A stretch of 64,000 nt of DNA, from positions 372,001 through 436,000 of the forward strand of contig OZ237753.1 of the NCBI GenBank assembly GCA_965178125.1. Reading direction: 5' to 3'. The translations under genes were made by a program, and so were the position numbers. Positions within the stretch are counted from its first letter, which is position 1. The number at the start of each line of letters is the position of its first letter. The notes under the pieces were generated by a model. It saw only the letters and a list, made by a program, of their open reading frames with translations, searched no databases and was not told where the DNA came from. The stretch is from Bilabrum cf. latius (taxonomy: Eukaryota). This document shows, one piece after another, positions 50,843-63,400 of this stretch.

Positions 50843-51889
50843 TTACTTTGCATCTTGATGCGGTGACTTGGGGGCTTCGCGTGGCTCGTCCCCGCCATGG
50901 ATCAACGACGGCTGGTCTAGGTCCATCCCATCAGACCGCCGCGCTGCTCCTCCTGATGTCGGCGAGGAATATTCCTTAGCAGGTCCAGCTCTTTCGGTGG
51001 GTAGGTCCTCTGCCTGACGAACGCCTGACCGACTGCTACCGCGCATCCTCCAACGGTCTCTGCTCATACTGTCGGAGCCGCCACCACCGCGAGAACTCGA
51101 GGCGGTCTTGCTATCACTTGAAGCAGCAGCAACGCTAGGACCAGGTCCAGCTCCCCTGCCTGCGCTTTGGAGACCCTCCAACAGCGGTGAAGGCGAACCA
51201 AACCCAGCACGAAACTCACCAGGGAGAATGCGCTCCGCTCGCAAGTAGACCTCGACGTCCAGAAAATCACCAGGCTCCCAACCGTGCTCGCTCAATGTGC
51301 TCGTCCAACCTCCCTTGCTCAAGCCTGCCCTAGCATTTCCGTAGGTTGCCGCGGAGCCGTGCACGGACGGCTTGATGGCCGATGCCACCTCTAATCCCTT
51401 GCTGGTCGCAGTCGTCGAAGCACCGGAGTCTGCTGTCTTTCTTGGCACCGCCGTGGAGACATCAGTGTTGGAAAGTGCCAACGTCGCAACCTCCATTGCA
51501 GGCAGCTGTGGTGCAATCGCCTTCAACTTGTACCGACCATCCTTTCCCGGATACACCAATCCGACCGCTACAAATGCGTCTGGCCGTCGTGCCTAGAAAC
51601 ATTGTGTTTGAATCTCGGTGACTATGTCACAGATACGGCTGTGCGGCGACGCAAAGACGTGCGCTTCTGGACCGATTCCAGGCGAGCCCAAATCGGACCG
51701 CTTGCCGAATTCGTAGTCCCGCGAAACATCACGAAGACGCGATGACCGAACCATACATCGCATAAGCGATGGAATCTGCGATGCATGCAAGCCGCAAAGA
51801 TTGTACTCATGGTAAGGTGCATACACGGATCCAAAATACTGGCCCGAAACGTTGCTTACGGCGTAACTCACTTCAACTTGCGACTCCAT
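50843..51889 (-). CDS. SAP18: SAP18-like (Sin3-associated/ASAP complex) protein, about 316 aa; probable join(50843..51775,51872..51889)
   Basis: PSLMRCMV..EAHVFA..RICDIVTEI..F*ARRPDAFVAVGLVYPGKDGRY..TLSEHGWEPGDFLDVEV resembles the SAP18 ubiquitin-like domain. In-frame gtgag...gcag intron. TAG at 51593. Ends TAA. Confidence 0.7.
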
Positions 51890-52110
51890 GGAGGCACGTC
51901 GGATAACTCAGCCTGAAGAGATACCAGAATATTCGGGCCCGATATGACGGCCAAAATATCTGTACATATAGCACAATATCGTTGAAATTGGTTACAACCG
52001 GTCGCGCATTGGGCCATGGCGCTTCCTTCCTTCCTAGATCGCACGATTAAATTAGGTCACGACCAGATCGGTTCCTGAGAACAGCTTCTGCCGCATATCC
52101 AACAACAGGT

Positions 52111-53688
52111 ATGGATGAAGCAGTATTGGCTGGGAGCCACGATGCTCACGTGCAGTGGGGAAGCTCCAGCAGTCACGAATCCAGCGCAATCTATGAGGCG
52201 GTCAAGAGCAGGAAGTATGACATAGCGCTAGGACTTCTGAGCATTGATACCCCGGTTCGAGACTTGAGAGCCGCTACGCTCGCGGAGCAACAAGGTCAGC
52301 TGGACCTCGCGGCAAAGATCCGCGCCGCATTCGTCCGGTAGACGCCGCCGTTTATTCCACGGACCCGGGATGAGCGCGCTGATGAAATCAGCGGTATGAG
52401 TCTTGATTATAGCAGGCCAACATCGACCGGGTAGCCCAGGCAGTCGTCTGGGGAGGCCACTCCAGCTGCCTACGAGGAGATGACGCGTGGCGGAGGCCCT
52501 GCTATCTACGGTCTTGGTGAGGATCATCAAGAAGAAGCTTCAGAACAGCGACCATCGTCCATTGGACCTGCTGGCTCTGGCATCCCGCGCTCAAATGCGG
52601 GCGCAAGCCCGGCCACGGGCCCCGTTCTCGCGTTCTCCATGGCTGCCGGCCACTAGGGTGGAGGTGGTGAATCCACGCCGCTGGCCGAAGAAGTCGAGCA
52701 GCAGCAGAGGGAGATCGACATGATGATTGCAGAGGCACAAAGCAGCGGCCACCTTATTTCATCCGGGGATCAGGGCAGGGATGGCGTGCAGTTCGCTGCG
52801 CTGTTCCCCGCTCGGGAGGTGAGCGGGGCCAACTCTAGCCTCAGCGCGGATGATCTCGAGAGGATGGAGGAGGCCGCGAGAACGTTCGCTGACGACCTCG
52901 AGAAGGACGAGGAGCGAGAGCAGTATGAGCGTGATGTTGGTCGTCGTCGCCTCCGCAGGGCTGCACCCGGAGGTGCGGAAGGCGAGGACGAGGGCGAAGC
53001 GCATGAGGCAGACCTTAGAGAGCTGGAGGCTCTGATGGAGGACGAGAGACACAGCATCGGGTCCAGGAGCATGATGGGTGGTGTGACGAGTGACCGCAGG
53101 CTGGGATCCGAGGCGATGCGACGAGGGTTCTCGGACGGGGGCGTGAGCGTGGGGAGTGAGCTGTTCGACGTGGTGTCTCGGGAGCAGGGCCGGTACATCG
53201 TGGGGGGCGGTGATGCAGGTGGTGGTGCGGGCGGGGAGGATGAGCTGTTTGAGGTCACGCGCCGCGGGCACGGGACTGGTGTGGAAGTGGGGTATGAAGA
53301 TGAGGAGGAGGAGGACTAGGAGGAGGAGTGTGTCTATGAAGAGGAAGAAGAGGAGGACCGTGATGGGGAGGAGCAGGAGCAGGAGGAAGCAGAGCAGGAG
53401 CAAGAGGAAGAGTATGAGGATGAGGACTTGCGGCGCATGGAGGAAGCGGCCAATTACTTTGCTGCTGAGCTGGAGGGAGATGATGGAGCCAGGCAGACAG
53501 GTGGTGGTGTACGTCGTGAGATGTCGGACGGGGGCGTGAGCGTGGGGAGCGAGCTGTTCGACGTGGTGTCTCGGGAGCAGGGCCGGTACATCGTGGGGGG
53601 CGGTGATGCAGGTGGTGGTGCGGGCGGGGAGGATGAGCTGTTTGAGGTCACGCGCCGCGGGCACGGGACTGGTGTGGAAGTGGGGTAT

Positions 53689-53720
<32 letters not shown>

Positions 53721-54105
53721 GGAGGAGGAGGAGGAGGAGGAGGAGGGTGTCTACGAAGAGGAAGAAGAGGAGGACCGTGATGGGGAGGAGCAGGAGCAGG
53801 AGGAAGCAGAGCAGGAGCAAGAGGAAGAGTATGAGGATGAGGACTTGCGGCGCATGGAGGAAGCGGCCAATTACTTTGCTGCTGAGCTGGAGGGAGATGA
53901 TGGAGCCAGGCAGACAGGTGGCAGAATGCGTCGAGGGTTCTCGGACGGGGGCGTGAGCGTGGGGAGTGAGCTGTTCGACGTGGTGTCTCGGGAGCAGGGC
54001 CGGTACATCGTGGGGGGCGGTGATGCAGGTGGTGGTGCGGGCGGGGAGGATGAGCTGTTTGAGGTCACGCGCCGCGGGCACGGGACTGGTGTGGAAGTGG
54101 GGTAT

Positions 54106-54137
<32 letters not shown>

Positions 54138-55413
54138 GGAGGAGGAGGGTGTCTACGAAGAGGAAGAAGAGGAGGACCGTGATGGGGAGGAGCAGGAGCA
54201 GGAGGAAGCAGAGCAGGAGCAAGAGGAAGAGTATGAGGATGAGGACTTGCGGCGCATGGAGGAAGCGGCCAATTACTTTGCTGCTGAGCTGGAGGGAGAT
54301 GATGGAGCCAGGCAGACAGGTGGTGGTGTACGTCGTGAGATGTCGGACGGGGGCGTGAGCGTGGGGAGCGAGCTGTTCGACGTGGTGTCTCGGGAGCAGG
54401 GCCGGTACATCGTGGGGGGCGGTGATGCAGGTGGGTCCAGTGGCGCTATGCCTGGCGATCGCAGCTACGAGCACACGGAGGTGTACGTGCCTGGAGTTGG
54501 CACCTACGTCCGTGAAGGGTCCGTCGGGGCCGAGGGAATGGACCTGCAGCCGAAAGGACAAGGAGGGTATGATGATGACGACGGCCAGTTCGATCCATCC
54601 TTCGATCCGCTCGGTCACGTGCTGGACGACGCCGACGAAAACGGTGCGGCCCCGTCGATGACCGGATCGTAGGCACGCTTGGCTCCCCGAACGCGCGGCA
54701 ACGGTAGGCTGCCAACCCTTCCCACTCGGGGGGCGGCTCGGAGCTCGAGGCCCACTCGGGGACGCCCCGTGCCGCAATCCAGGGGTTCTCAGAGGGTGCT
54801 TCGTGCCGCGCGGAGAGCCAGGGAACAACGCTTGGCGGGGAGGCGGGATCCACGCAGCACAGCTCTAGTGGCGCAGCTGCGCGAGCTGGCAGAGCGAGCC
54901 AGCAGGGGATCTGCTGGGCACGCTGGGAGGCAACCCAGTTCTGGTAGCTCTGGCCATTCTGCCGTGCGGGGACCCGCGTTCCGTGCCTCGGGCACGCGCT
55001 CCAGCCGGCCCGCTCGAGTTCGATTCTCGGGCGGTCGCCCAGGCGGTGATTCATCCGCCAGGCGTGGGCCACTTCGCCGCACCTCACCCGAGTTGGCTGG
55101 GCACCGAGAGGACCACGACCAGCTCGAGAGGTACATCCACCAGGACCTGCTACACAGCACGCACGGCCAGGAGGCGGGCTGGGCCGATCACCGGGAGGGT
55201 CCCCCTCAGGGCACCAATCACGCAGATGACGTACTGCTGGAGGAGGACATCTGGTACGAGAGGGGCCAGTCTGGCATGCTTCGCGGTGTGTCAGGTGCGG
55301 TGCGCATTGGGCGCTCTGCGGAGGCCCGCCCACTCAGTGCCGAAGAAGGAGGAGACGACCTTGGTCAGGGCATGGCAGCCTGGGCATCGGACGAGCTGGG
55401 CCAGTTGGAGTAA
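52111..55413 (+). CDS. Low-complexity Glu/Gly-rich protein with internal tandem repeats and a basic C-terminal region, about 1,100 aa, function unknown
   Basis: ORFs starting at 52111, 52720, 53428 and 54679 share one frame, separated only by TAG. Ends TAA at 55411-55413. Confidence 0.72.
53131..54434 (+). repeat. About 400-bp coding tandem repeat (about 3.2 units) with variable (GAG)n tracts
   Basis: tcggacgggggcgtgagc at 53131, 53524, 53941 and 54343 (periods 393, 417 and 402). Confidence 0.93.
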
Positions 55414-55601
55414 GTGAATGAATGGGCCGCCAAGCTATGGCTGGTAAATGCGCAGCTTGTGTTCGAACTAGCGCGGAACTGATCTGTACTTGTAAGCAGG
55501 AGCAGGCGCGCGCGCGTTGCCGCGTCGGCAGCTACCACGACCCCCACAAAGCATCAATGCAGCCAATACGATCCGGAGATCACGCACTCCTCTCAACGCT
55601 C

Positions 55602-57560
55602 TCACTTGCCACCGCCGCCTGCCTTCTTACCCTTAAGGAGCTTGGCAGCCCCCGTTGTGCGCTTGGCACCACCTGCCCCCGGGCCCGAGGACACCATGGC
55701 ACCATCCTCCCCTCGCTTGTACGTGTAGCCCACCACGCGGGTTGGGCGCTTGGCCCCGTCGGACCTCGCCGCGACGATCGCTGCTGCATCGGCAGCGGCC
55801 TGCTGATGGGCCGTGAGGCCGCCCTTGGCATCCCTCTTGATGATCCCACCATGGTCCTCGAAGTTGGCCGCCAGCTGCTTGACCAGCTCGTCGTACGTGG
55901 GATCGGATCGATCCATCTCCGCAAGGCGCTCCATCAGCTCACCGGCCCGTTTGCCCACCTCTGACACGTACGGCCCGTCCTTGTCCCCTAGCCCCTCCCA
56001 GTCCATCCCCTTGAACCACGGGTGCGCCTTGAGCTCTTTGGCCCCAGCCACAGTCCCCAGACGATCCTCCGGCTCGCAGAGCAGCCTCTGCACGAAATCG
56101 AGGCATTCGGGCGAGAGGTGCTTGGTCCGCTTGGAGGGCCAGCCGAGCGTCTTCTGCCAGTTCAGGATCTTGCGGCAGGTGCCGACCGGGTCGTCGGCAT
56201 AGAACGGCGGGTACCCTAGCAAGCACTCGTACAGGATAGCACCCAGGGACCACCTGCAGGGATGGACAGATGCATGGGCGGGAAATATGGCAAGCTTCTG
56301 GGTTCGCACTTACGTGTGTAGGCAGGCAATCGGGAAGATACACGAGGCGCGCTGTAGCACATGCCTGCTCGCGACACGGATGCGCAGTCCCTTGTCTCAC
56401 CAGTCGACTTCCTTTCCATACCTGCGCCGTGCATGGGTTCAATCATACAGGTGACAACATGCATCAATCGCCTAGGTTCGAAGGACAGGGAGGAATATTG
56501 TGCAACACCTCTCACCCTTTGCGGCGCAGCACGTCAGGCGCGATGTAGTCCGGTGTGCCCACCGTGGACTTGGCCAGGGCGCGGGGCCGATGGAGCGTGC
56601 CAGCACGGGCAGCTGCGCCCGCATCGATGGGCACGCCGGGAGGCGCCTCGGACCCGGGAGCATCGCCGCCGGAGCCAGCCCCGCCCCCCGCAACCTCGCT
56701 CGCAGCAGCAGCGTCCGCTGCGTCATCCAGCCCGCCGTCGATCTTCTTGGCGAGGCCCATGTCCGTCAGTTTTACGTGTCCGTGCCCATCGATGAGAAAA
56801 TTATCGGGCTTGAGGTCGCGGTGGATGAAGCCTGCGGCGTGGACTGCCTCGATCGCTAGGATCATTTCAGCGGCGTACACCTTGGTGGCTTCCTCGGTGA
56901 AAATGTCCTTGGCGATGAGCATCCCCATGAGATCTCCCCCACTCATGAATTCCATGACAAGGTACAGGTTCTCGTGATCCTGGAAGCTGTAGTGGAGTCC
57001 TACAACCCATCGATTCAACACATCGACAAGGGCTTCGCGCTCAGCGATAACGTGGGCCGTCTGCGGCATCATTCGGAGAGTGCACGCAATTAACACACAC
57101 ATTGCTTTCATATCCGGTTCAAGAAGGGCAAATGGAGCCAAACTGTATTGGGGCGGTCCTTGAGACGAAGCATTCTTTCTAAACGCCTCCTGATTCGTTT
57201 CTATTTCTAGCTCACCTGATTCTTTGCCAAAGAAACCTCTTTCTTCATCGTTTTCATGGCATAAATTTTGCCATCTTCTCTAGCTCGCACGATTTGCACC
57301 TCGCCAAAGGCGCCTCTACCTACAACAATAAGCCCCTCAAAGTCTGCCTGGGTGTAACGCTTCCTAGACTTTCGCGCTTGCGCTTCCAGCTCAGCAGCTT
57401 CTGCCTCTACAGTTGCACGTTCTTGCTCCGACAGAGTTTCATCAGCTAACTTTGTGTGGATTCTCTCCCTCCAAGCCCTCCTTTCTGCCATGAGCGCCTA
57501 GCTCTTCAGCAGTCGTTTCTGTAGCTCAGCTTTCGCTGCTGCAGCTTTTGCGGCAGCCAT
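55602..57560 (-). CDS. NDR/LATS-family AGC Ser/Thr kinase, about 520 aa; join(55602..56253,56401..56421,56516..57060,57216..57560)
   Basis: VGRGAFGEV, YAMK, LYLVMEFMSGGDLM, IHRDLKPDN, an insert before STVGTPDYIAP, and a C-terminal VVGYTYKR. Three gtgag...cag introns; exon lengths sum to 1,563 nt. TAG at 57498 in the N-terminal region. Ends TGA. Confidence 0.9.
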
Positions 57561-58212
57561 TGTAACTGATACAATAAATAAGTAAGAACCTTAACACCTG
57601 TGGGTCCTATTTGCCCGGAAGTTCTGTACTTTTCCCGTCTGCATCCCGATCGACAATTCTGCATTAATGGATAACTGCTCGCAACCCTTGCGACGTCGAA
57701 AACGATCCGAAATTGGCCGCGGTGCAGGCAACAATCAATGTCTCACGCCTCAAGAATGGATCTAGAAGTAATTTACAGCGAGATATACCCAGCAAGAGCG
57801 AGTAGATGTGGACATTAAGCTGGAAACGAGGCCATACAAAGGTACCCAGTTCGGTCACAGTGAGCCACAGGCTGGTCGCCTGTGCAGTGGTCGCTGCCAA
57901 GTAGCCGGTGGCTATCGATGTTGTTTTGACGAGGGTTCGATCACTACGCCCATCCACAAGGCAGGCTGAAGAGTTATTGGTGCGGCGTGCTTGATCCTAC
58001 AGACGGCTGCGTGCGCGCCCCAACCCCCCTCCGGATTCCGGAAGCCGGGAAAGCGCGATCGTGTGACGAGCGATGCATCCGGACGCGAACTGCAACTGCG
58101 AGAATTCAGTCGCCCTCACAACAAAGCACTGAAAAGAAACAACATTCTGTTTCAATCTCTAAGAAAGGCTTTACACAAAACACACACAGCATCCTTTAAC
58201 TTTTCTCGAAGT

Positions 58213-59214
58213 ATGGCAGCAGCAACAGCAAAAGCAGCGAGCAGCACCGGGACAGGTGATGGGGCCACGTCGACCGGGGCAAAGGGTATCTCAGTGACGG
58301 CCCGACCATCGAAAGAACGCGGACACGCCAACCATGGCTGGTTAGATTCATACCACAGCTTCTCGTTTGCTGGATATTATGATCCGCGGCACGACGGGTG
58401 AGTTTAGTGCTACGTTTTGCTATAGCAGTATCGTACAATTTCCACGACTACCTGTCACCGTGTTCGCTAAATTTCTGCGAATTTCTTGTGGATTCTAAAT
58501 TATGCTGTCTTCACTCGCAGGTGGGGTCCGCTCCGCGTTATCAACGAAGACATTGTGTCGCCCTCCCAGGGCTTCGGGAGGCATCCGCACAGAACCTTCG
58601 AGATATTCAGCTACCCGCTGGCAGGTGCGCTGCGCCACGATGACAGCATGGGACACTCTGAGGTCATCCGAAGGGGTGATGTGCAGTTCACCTCCGCCGG
58701 CACGGGCATTGCCCACTCGGAGTACAACGCGAGCAAGACCGAGCAAGTCAAGTTCCTCTAGATCTGGCTGACTCCCAGCAGGGGCGGGCTCAAGCCGAGA
58801 TACGAGACGAAGAGGTTCGAAGATGAAGCCAAGAAGGACACGCTACTGCCCATTGTGGCCCAGGGAGGCCGGGGCGGTGCCATTGCCTGTGATGATGCGG
58901 CAGCTGTGTACGCCTCCATACTCTCAGAGGGCGCCGAGGTGCAGCACGAGTTCGACGGGGGCGCCGCGCGAAGCAGTTCCGCAGACGCCGCCGATGAAGC
59001 GCCCGCCAAGTCCCGCGTGGGCTACATCCACGTGCCCCTCGTGCCTGGCAGCCGCAGCAAGGGCCTCAAGCTGAGCTCGGGCCAGGTGCTGGCACCAGGG
59101 GACGGGGCCTACCTACGGGTCGCTGATGGGGCCAAGGGCGAGGATGCGAGTCTGGGATTCACCGCCGTGGGGGGCGCGACAGAGTTCCTGCTCTTTGACA
59201 TGACCCAGTCGTGA
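58213..59214 (+). CDS. Pirin-family (YhhW-like) cupin, about 292 aa; join(58213..58397,58521..59214)
   Basis: [60 protein letters not shown] (TAG 58759-58761). One gtgag...gcag intron. Ends TGA. Confidence 0.93.
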
Positions 59215-59413
59215 GAGACGGAGTGGTACCTCTATCGCTACTGTGACCGCGACTGCAACTGCGACTGTTGGTGGGCGTAGGTGCCGTGGCCTGGAGGTGT
59301 ATCGGCCAGCACGGTGCCAGTCAGCCATGGGTTGCCGCTGCTGGCCAGAAACGTTGCCATTGTGTGTTGATTTAAAATGAATAGAACGTTGCTCAAACAA
59401 CAGAATCAGATAA

Positions 59414-60450
59414 TCACGATTCAGCAGGTGCAATTCCTGAGGGTCCATCCGACGAAGCCATGCCACGGCCTCTGCCGCTGCCAGGCTTTCGTAAGGCAGC
59501 GTCGCGCAAATACTGCGAAGAAGCTGCACCGGTGGCCTCCACAAGTCGTCCGAATGCACTGTCCTCGCGGGACAGCAGCTCCGATGGAGAGCCTTGCTCC
59601 AGCACTCTGCCGTCGCCCATCACAACCACCACATCATAGTCGATGATCGTTGCCAGCCTGTGCGCGATGGTGAGGACAGTCCTGCCCTTGCAGTGCTCCC
59701 GCAGCGCTTTCTGCACGGCCTAATCTGCCTCCACTGACACCGAGGCCGTGGCTTCGTCCAGTGCCAGTATGGGCGAGTCTCGCAGGAGTGCTCTGGCCAG
59801 GCACAGCAGCTGCCTCTCGCCCTGGCTCAGCCCGCTGCCACCCTCCCCCACCCGGGCATCCAGTCCGCCGTCCATGGCACGGACGCGAACAGCCATGCCT
59901 GCTCGCTCCAGAGCCGCCCATACATGCTAGTCGCTGGGGCACTCGGCGCACGGCCTGCCAAGGTCAGGGTCCCAGTCGAGGCCCTGCTCCAGCCTCTTCG
60001 CACCTGGACCCGCCACAGCATCCATGATTCTCCCGCCGCTGTGGCCGGCTGCTGCAAGCCCGGTGCTGCGAGAGTGCGGGGACAGCACGCTCCGAGGACC
60101 CAGCAGTGGATCCGGACCCTGGGGCGATACCACCGATCGGATGGTGCCGGAGATGACAGCCCCGTCCTGCGGCACGATGGCGAGGTTCTCCCGCAGGTCT
60201 CGGAGGCCCATGGTTGCTGTATCGATACCGTCGATGGTAACGCTTCCCCTGGTGATGGTTGCCGATCTGTAGAGTGCTGCCAGAGTGCTGCTCTTGCCGC
60301 TCCCGGTGCGACCAACCAGCACAACCTTGCAGCCGGCGGCAACGGTGGCAAGCATCAAGCAAAAGGGGAACTGGCAACTGCTATCCGGGCTTCGGAGCGC
60401 GCCTAGTCTGCGTAGCTTTCATACGGCATGATGAAACTCGACGATGACAT
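59414..60450 (-). pseudogene. Isolated C-terminal nucleotide-binding domain of an ABCC/MRP transporter; 5' end disrupted, no TM domains
   Basis: [57 protein letters not shown]. In-frame TAG at 59927 and 59720. Sequence upstream of the Walker A needs frameshifts and abuts the stop of the CLU-TPR gene. Confidence 0.7.
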
Positions 60451-60464
60451 CCGTACGCATTTAG

Positions 60465-63400
60465 TCAGTCTATGGGCTGGTCAGCGTTCATGTCGATTGA
60501 TTTCACCTAGTCAACCGCCTCACTGCACTTTCTCTACGACTCTGCACTATTCGCTATGCATTGAAGCGTCCAGGCATAGTCAGGATGGTCTGTGCCTAGC
60601 ACGTCCTCCTGGATGGACCTGCATTCCTCCAACACTCTACTAGACTCTTCGAAATCCTCCATAGAGTACAAGCAACTTGCAGTCATACAGAGCGACTCGG
60701 CATACTCGGGGTGTTGTTTACCGTGCGCATGCTCCAAGATCGTCTGGCACTGTTCGAGCAACTTTAGGGCCTTCCTGTACTCGCCCAATGACTGCAAGCA
60801 TCTGGCCATTTTTTGGAGCGCACTCGCGTACTTAGGGTGGTCTTCGCCAAAGACTCTTCCACGCCCAAGCAGACACTGCTGCAGCACCTTGATGGCATCG
60901 TCAAACTTCTCCAGTGCAGCCAAGCATATCGAAATGTTGCTCAAAACGGTCAGGCTGAACGGATGGTCCTTGCCAAGAACACGATTAGCGATATCTGCGC
61001 ACTGCTTAAAGTGCCCCAGAGCGTCGCCGTCCCTCCCCTGCTCATGCATGCACCACGCCATATTGTTGAGCGATATGGCATAGTCAGGATGATCCTTTCC
61101 GATAGTCTGCTGACGTATCATCAAGCACTTCTAGTACATGTCTGTAGACTCTGAAAACTTGCCCAAGGCCTGAAGACACCGAGCAATATTGCCTACCGTG
61201 TTCGCAAAGTCGGGATGCTCTGGACCAATGCCAGGCAGCTCTATCTGTATTTTGCTACACCTCTCATACAGCTCAATGGCTTCAGCATACTTGCCTTGAT
61301 GATCCAAGCACGTGGCCATGTTGCTCAGCGTACCAGCATAGTATCTGTGGCGCTCACCGTAGGCCGCTTTCAGTATCTTTGCGCAACGCTGGAACAGCCC
61401 AAGTGCTCTTGCATAGAGGCCCTACGAGTGCAAGCAGTTGCCAAAGTTATTCAGCGTCGTGGCGTGCTCAGGGTGATCCTTGCCGAGCTCATTCTCTTCA
61501 ATGCTGACGCAGGCTTCAAATATGCTCGTTGCCTCTGAGTGCATCCCCTGAGCCTACAAGCAGTCGGCCATGTTGGAGAGAGTTGTCGCGTCAGCACTCC
61601 GTGGGAACTCTGCGGTCGACTCGTCCCGCCCGAAGCAAGCCAACGCAAGCCGCACAGCATTTAGACCACTTGAATTCTGGCACAGCTCCCCAAGTGTTTG
61701 TTGCGCAGTGTATGCAGCAGATCCACCGACCCGCTGCAAGTGCGCCAATTCAGCCACGAGAGACCTAGTAGCAGTATCACGACCATGAGTGAAGAAACCC
61801 TATTCTGAAGCAATACGAGTTCCAACACAGTTTTGCGGCTTGCTCTCACGCCCAGGGATACTTGAAGTCGGCAACTTAGCTAACAGGTCTGCATCAGCAG
61901 GTACAAGGACAATTCCTTTACTCGAATGTAGCGTTGCCATTGTCCACGCTGCCCTTGATGCAGTACCATGCACTGTATCGTGACCGTGGAAAACATTTGA
62001 AGACCCAAGAGCAGCGATGATGGCGGTACGAGCTACGACATTGATACCAGGCTACTCAAGCAACACACGCAGATGCCTCAATCCGACACCTAGCGAGTGC
62101 ATGCATCCTTTGAGCAGTCGCCGACATGCTGCCGGATTTGCAATCATTTCAGCTTCAGACGAACCAACCTCACCTAGAGCAGCCTTGATCGTTTTCTCGC
62201 CTACTAGCCTCACGCAATCGTACAGCTTCTCAATACAACGCCTGGCGCTCTCCCATTCTACATGGCGATCACGTCGTTGCTGCATGACAAGGTCAGGGCT
62301 CAGGCCTGCCCACTCCGACCCTTCGAGCTTGCTGATGCATGCAGCTGCCTCTGGTGGTAGCAAACAAGTTAATGCTGAGTTCCCGCAGTAGTACCACTGG
62401 GGACATGATACGATGGCCGATAGTCCGCGTGTACCATCGGCTTTCGTCCCAATTACAGCAACACAACCGCGGTTCGCGTATACACGCATCATCTTGACCT
62501 GGAACGACAGCGGACAAGTGTGACAGAGGCGCGCCCAGTCCTCTAGTAATTTGCCCAACTTGCGCAAGTCGGGCTTTCCGTCTGCCTCATGTGCAAATTC
62601 AGACAAGGTGATCTGATGGACAGACGAGGAGGCGCCTGTACCAGCGCCTTCATGCAACCAAAGACGCGGTCTAGCGCCATCGGAGCCCATCCACTCCATC
62701 CAGACTACATCCGGGATCAGAAGTCGGTGTGTGTCTAGAACCACCCTCGAGCCGTTGGTCAGTTGGTGCACCTCCACGTCAAATGGCAGGCGTAGCAAGG
62801 TCTTTTGTGTCCCAGCAGGGTGATCTATTCGGTGACGTACCGAAATTTGTGGCCTGCGGTAGTCCAAGTTTACTCCTGATGACTTGATGGCGGACAACAC
62901 TGTCACGGCCAGCTCCACTTCTTCTTCGGGCAATCGTTCCTTCGCCAGTTCAGTCAGATTGATTGAATCTGGATCGCATACCCTTACAATCTTCTCAAGC
63001 TCATCTGCTGCCAAGCTCGTGCCTTTCAGAATCTCGAAGATGGTCTTGGGTCTGGAGGTGCTATCACTTTCAGGTTCATCATCAGCGACATACTAGTGCC
63101 TAATGACAGATCTAACGTGCCTTTCGTATGCATGCATGCCAAACCATCCAGCTATTGGATCCACAACATCATGAAGCTGCTCATCATCAACATGCATAGT
63201 CTTGCAGCCATCCGAAGACCCTACCCGAAGGGTTGCAGACTCCACGTCAACACAGGCGAATGCCTAGGCACGAATAAAGCAAATCCCACGGCTTTTTGTC
63301 TTCACTGGAATATCTACGCACTCCAATAGCGGGGTCGAGACGTGGACGCTGTCCATCGCGTGCACCCACCGACTCGCCGCTGCCTCCCGCTTGGCCGCTT

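Noticed and set aside
52759-54828. 689-aa minus-strand poly-Leu ORF, and similar long antisense ORFs (e.g. 13895..14800, 38723..39550)
   Set aside because: These are shadows of GC-rich, repetitive sense-strand coding sequence, such as (GAG)n read as (CTC)n.
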